64,000 nucleotides of DNA from Alphaproteobacteria bacterium (lineage in GTDB: Bacteria > Pseudomonadota > Alphaproteobacteria > UBA828), in the NCBI GenBank assembly GCA_965237415.1, contig CBDEFM010000001.1, positions 1 through 64,000 of the forward strand, written 5' to 3'. The number at the start of each line of letters is the position of its first letter. Position 1 is the stretch's first letter. Under the pieces are notes generated by a model. That model was not told where the DNA came from. It saw only the letters and a program-made list of their open reading frames with translations, and made no database searches. This document shows positions 61,200 through 64,000 of the stretch, one piece after another. Made by a program: the position numbers and the translations under genes.

Positions 61200-63851
61200 T
61201 TACGGCGCCGCGATACGCTCCAGCGCCGCCTTGAGCCGGGCCTCCGCCGTGCGCGCCTCGTCCAGCCGGCCGCGCTGCTCCTCGACCACGTGCGCCGGCG
61301 CCCGGGCGAGGAACTGCTCGTTATCGAGCTTGCGCTGGAGCGCGGCCATCTCCTTGCCCACCTTGCCGAGCTCCCGGTCGAGCCTCGCACGCTCCTTGTC
61401 GAACTCGATGACGCCAGCGAGCGGGAGCACGATCGTCGCCTCGTCCAGCATCATCTGCACCGAGCCGGACGGCACCTCGCCATCCAGCGGCGCGGCTCCG
61501 CTCAGCCGCGCGAGGCGCTCGATCACCTCCCGGTGGCGGGTGAGGCGCGCCGCCGTCTCCGGCCCGGCCCCGCGCAGCCCGAGCGCGATGCGCGCGCCTG
61601 CGGGAACGTTCATCTCGGCACGCACGGCGCGCACCGCGGTGACGAGCCGCACCACCCAGTCCATCTCCCGCGAGGCGGCGGGATCGCCGATGCCGTCGGC
61701 GGGCGCGGGCCAGGGCGCCGTGATGAGCGTGCCCGCCCGCCCCTCGTCGATCCGGCCCCAAAGCTCCTCCGAGACGAAGGGCATGAAGGGATGGAGGAGG
61801 CCGAGGATCGTGTCCAACACCCAGGCGGCCGTGGAGCGGGTTTCGTCCTTCGCCGGCCCGTCGGGACCGGAAAGCGTCGGCTTGGAGAACTCCAGGTACC
61901 AGTCGCAGAAGACATCCCAGGTGAAGTGGTAGACCGCGCCCGCCGCCGCGTCGAAGCGGTAGGCATCGAGCGCTCCGGTCACCTCGCGGGCGGCGCGGGC
62001 GGCCTCGCCCACGATCCAGCGGTTGATCTGGCCCTCGGCTTGGGCGGGGTCGAAACCGGGCACGGGCGAGCACCCGTTCGCCTCGCAAAAGCGCGCAGCG
62101 TTCCAGAGCTTGGTGGCGAAATTGCGGTAGCCGGCGACGCGGCTCTCGGCGAGCTTGATGTCCCGGCCCTGCGCCTCCATCGCCGCCAGCGTGAAGCGGA
62201 GCGCGTCGGCGCCATACTCGTCGATCAACGCGAGCGGGTCGATCACGTTCCCCTTGCTCTTGGACATCTTCTGCCCCGTCGCGTCGCGCACCAGCGCATG
62301 GATGTAGACGGTGCGGAAGGGGACATCGCCCATGAAGTGAAGCCCAAGCATCGCCATCCGGGCGACCCAGAAAAAAATGATGTCGAAGCCGGTGATCAGG
62401 TCGCTGTTCGGATAGTAGGTCTCGAGCGGCTCGGTGCGCTCGGGCCAGCCGAGGGTTGAGAACGGCCAGAGGCCCGAGCTGAACCAGGTGTCCAGCACGT
62501 CCTCGTCGCGCGTGAGCGGCTTGGGCCTGCCGTAGTGCTGCGCCGCCTGCTCTTCCGCTTCGGCCTCGGTGGCGGCGACGAAGACGTGGCCGTCGGGGCC
62601 GTACCACGCCGGGATGCGATGGCCCCACCAGAGCTGGCGCGAGATGCACCAGGGCTGGATGTTGCGCATCCACTCGAAATACGTGTTCTCCCAACGCGCG
62701 GGCACAAAGCGGATGCGGCCGTCCTCTACCGCCTCGATCGCGGGCTCGGCGAGGGTCTTGGCATCGACGTACCACTGATCGGTCAGCCACGGCTCGATGA
62801 CCGCGCCCGAGCGGTCGCCGTGGGGCACGGTGTGGACGTGCGGCTCCACCTTTTCGATCAGACCTTCGGCCTCCAGATCGGCGAGCACGCGCTCGCGCGC
62901 CTCCATGCGGTCGAGGCGGCGATAGGCCTCGGGCGCGTTCTCGTTGATCCGGGCCTCGGCGTCGAACACGTTGACGATGTCGAGGTCGTGGCGGCGGCCC
63001 ACCTCGAAATCGTTGAAGTCGTGGGCCGGGGTAATCTTCACCGCACCGGAGCCCTGGGCGGGATCGGCGTAGTCGTCGGCGACGACGGGCAAGCGGCGGC
63101 CGACGAGCGGCAGCAGGGCGTCGCTGCCGACGAGGCCCCGGTAACGCTCATCCTCCGGGTGCACGGCGACGGCGGTATCGCCCAGCATGGTCTCGGGCCG
63201 GGTGGTGGCGACGACGATGTGCTCCCCGGGCCGGCCTGCGATGGGATAGCGGACGTGCCAGAGCTTGCCGTCCCGCATCTCGCGCTGTTCGACCTCCAGG
63301 TCGGAGATCGCGGTGCCCAGCACCGGGTCCCAGTTGACCAGGCGCTTGTCGCGATAGATGAGGCCCTGGCGGTAGAGGGTGACGAACACCTTGATCACCG
63401 CCAGGCTCAGGCCCTCGTCCATGGTGAAGCGCTCCCTGGCCCAGTCGGGGGAGGCGCCGAGGCGGCGGAGCTGGCGCCCGATCGCGCCGCCCGATTCCGC
63501 CTTCCAGGACCACACCCGCTCGATGAACGCCTCGCGGCCGAGGGCACGGCGTTCCGTCCCCTCCTCCGCCAGCTGGCGCTCGACCACCATCTGCGTCGCG
63601 ATCCCCGCATGGTCCATGCCCGGCTGCCAGAGCGCGTTGCGCCCGGTCTTGCGGCGATAGCGGGTGAGCACATCCTGCAACGTGTTGTTGAGCGCATGCC
63701 CCATGTGCAGGCTGCCGGTGACGTTGGGCGGCGGCATCATCACGCACCACGGCACGCTCTCGCCGGGCCGGCCGGCGAAGCCGCCGCTCTTCTCCCAGAG
63801 ATCGTATAGACGGCCCTCGAAATCGGCAGGCCGATAGGTCTTCTCAAGCAT
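61200..63851 (-). CDS. valS: Valyl-tRNA synthetase
   Basis: PPPNVTGSLHMGH, DHAGIATQ, ATTRPET, WCISRQLWWGH, KMSKS, C-terminal coiled coil; start MLEKTY at 63851. Confidence 0.97.
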   Translation of the reverse strand: MLEKTYRPADFEGRLYDLWEKSGGFAGRPGESVPWCVMMPPPNVTGSLHMGHALNNTLQDVLTRYRRKTGRNALWQPGMDHAGIATQMVVERQLAEEGTERRALGREAFIERVWSWKAESGGAIGRQLRRLGASPDWARERFTMDEGLSLAVIKVFVTLYRQGLIYRDKRLVNWDPVLGTAISDLEVEQREMRDGKLWHVRYPIAGRPGEHIVVATTRPETMLGDTAVAVHPEDERYRGLVGSDALLPLVGRRLPVVADDYADPAQGSGAVKITPAHDFNDFEVGRRHDLDIVNVFDAEARINENAPEAYRRLDRMEARERVLADLEAEGLIEKVEPHVHTVPHGDRSGAVIEPWLTDQWYVDAKTLAEPAIEAVEDGRIRFVPARWENTYFEWMRNIQPWCISRQLWWGHRIPAWYGPDGHVFVAATEAEAEEQAAQHYGRPKPLTRDEDVLDTWFSSGLWPFSTLGWPERTEPLETYYPNSDLITGFDIIFFWVARMAMLGLHFMGDVPFRTVYIHALVRDATGQKMSKSKGNVIDPLALIDEYGADALRFTLAAMEAQGRDIKLAESRVAGYRNFATKLWNAARFCEANGCSPVPGFDPAQAEGQINRWIVGEAARAAREVTGALDAYRFDAAAGAVYHFTWDVFCDWYLEFSKPTLSGPDGPAKDETRSTAAWVLDTILGLLHPFMPFVSEELWGRIDEGRAGTLITAPWPAPADGIGDPAASREMDWVVRLVTAVRAVRAEMNVPAGARIALGLRGAGPETAARLTRHREVIERLARLSGAAPLDGEVPSGSVQMMLDEATIVLPLAGVIEFDKERARLDRELGKVGKEMAALQRKLDNEQFLARAPAHVVEEQRGRLDEARTAEARLKAALERIAAP

Positions 63852-63924
63852 CGTCGTCTCGTAACCGTTTCGGGAGGATGGGGCTAGTACGGAGGTAGGC
63901 GTGAAAGCACCCTTGGGGAACGTC

Positions 63925-64000
63925 TCACTCGGGCTCGGAGCGGCGCGTAGCTCGTTCGAGCTCGCGCTGTACAAGGCGCTCGACGATCGGCGGCATGTGC
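63925..64000 (-). CDS. popZ: Polar organizing protein PopZ (DUF2497), 3' end only
   Basis: HMPPIVERLVQRELERATRRSEPE* matches the PopZ C-terminal helix; popZ-valS synteny is typical of Alphaproteobacteria. Confidence 0.75.
   Translation of the reverse strand, partial: HMPPIVERLVQRELERATRRSEPE

Overview
High-GC alphaproteobacterial chromosome window; the popZ-valS, coq7-dsbB and M3-peptidase core genes suggest a Rhodospirillales-like host (inference). Layout: (1) 1-16 kb, an amine/N-methylamine catabolic island with a LIV-type ABC transporter, SDR, proline-iminopeptidase-like hydrolase, choline-kinase-like protein, GcvT-family flavoprotein, phytoene-desaturase-like oxidoreductase, two trimethylamine/histamine-dehydrogenase paralogs, a cupin and an IS-truncated PhyH dioxygenase. 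(2) 16-24.9 kb, a mosaic of mobile-element debris: an IS21 whose istB is split exactly in its Walker B motif by a complete 2415-nt group II intron, a second IS21, a serine-recombinase fragment, a PAPS-reductase-family fragment, a broken IS256, and a captured fragment of a third amine-dehydrogenase operon. (3) 25-35.7 kb, a formamidase/BMP-ABC operon, GGCT-like, NDUFA9-like, SagB-like, 2OG oxygenase and GNAT genes. (4) 35.7-43.6 kb, an integrated mobilisable module: an AT-rich palindromic region, three paralogous RHH-like genes, a 1672-aa MobF relaxase-helicase with four ~160-190-aa C-terminal repeats, and a truncated GmrSD-like nuclease. (5) 43.6-64 kb, housekeeping genes including an Entner-Doudoroff operon, metC, ilvD, valS and popZ. 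At least seven gene-to-gene deletion junctions and several single-base frameshifts are visible. No rRNA, tRNA or CRISPR array was seen. All calls are by eye from motifs; no database searches were run.
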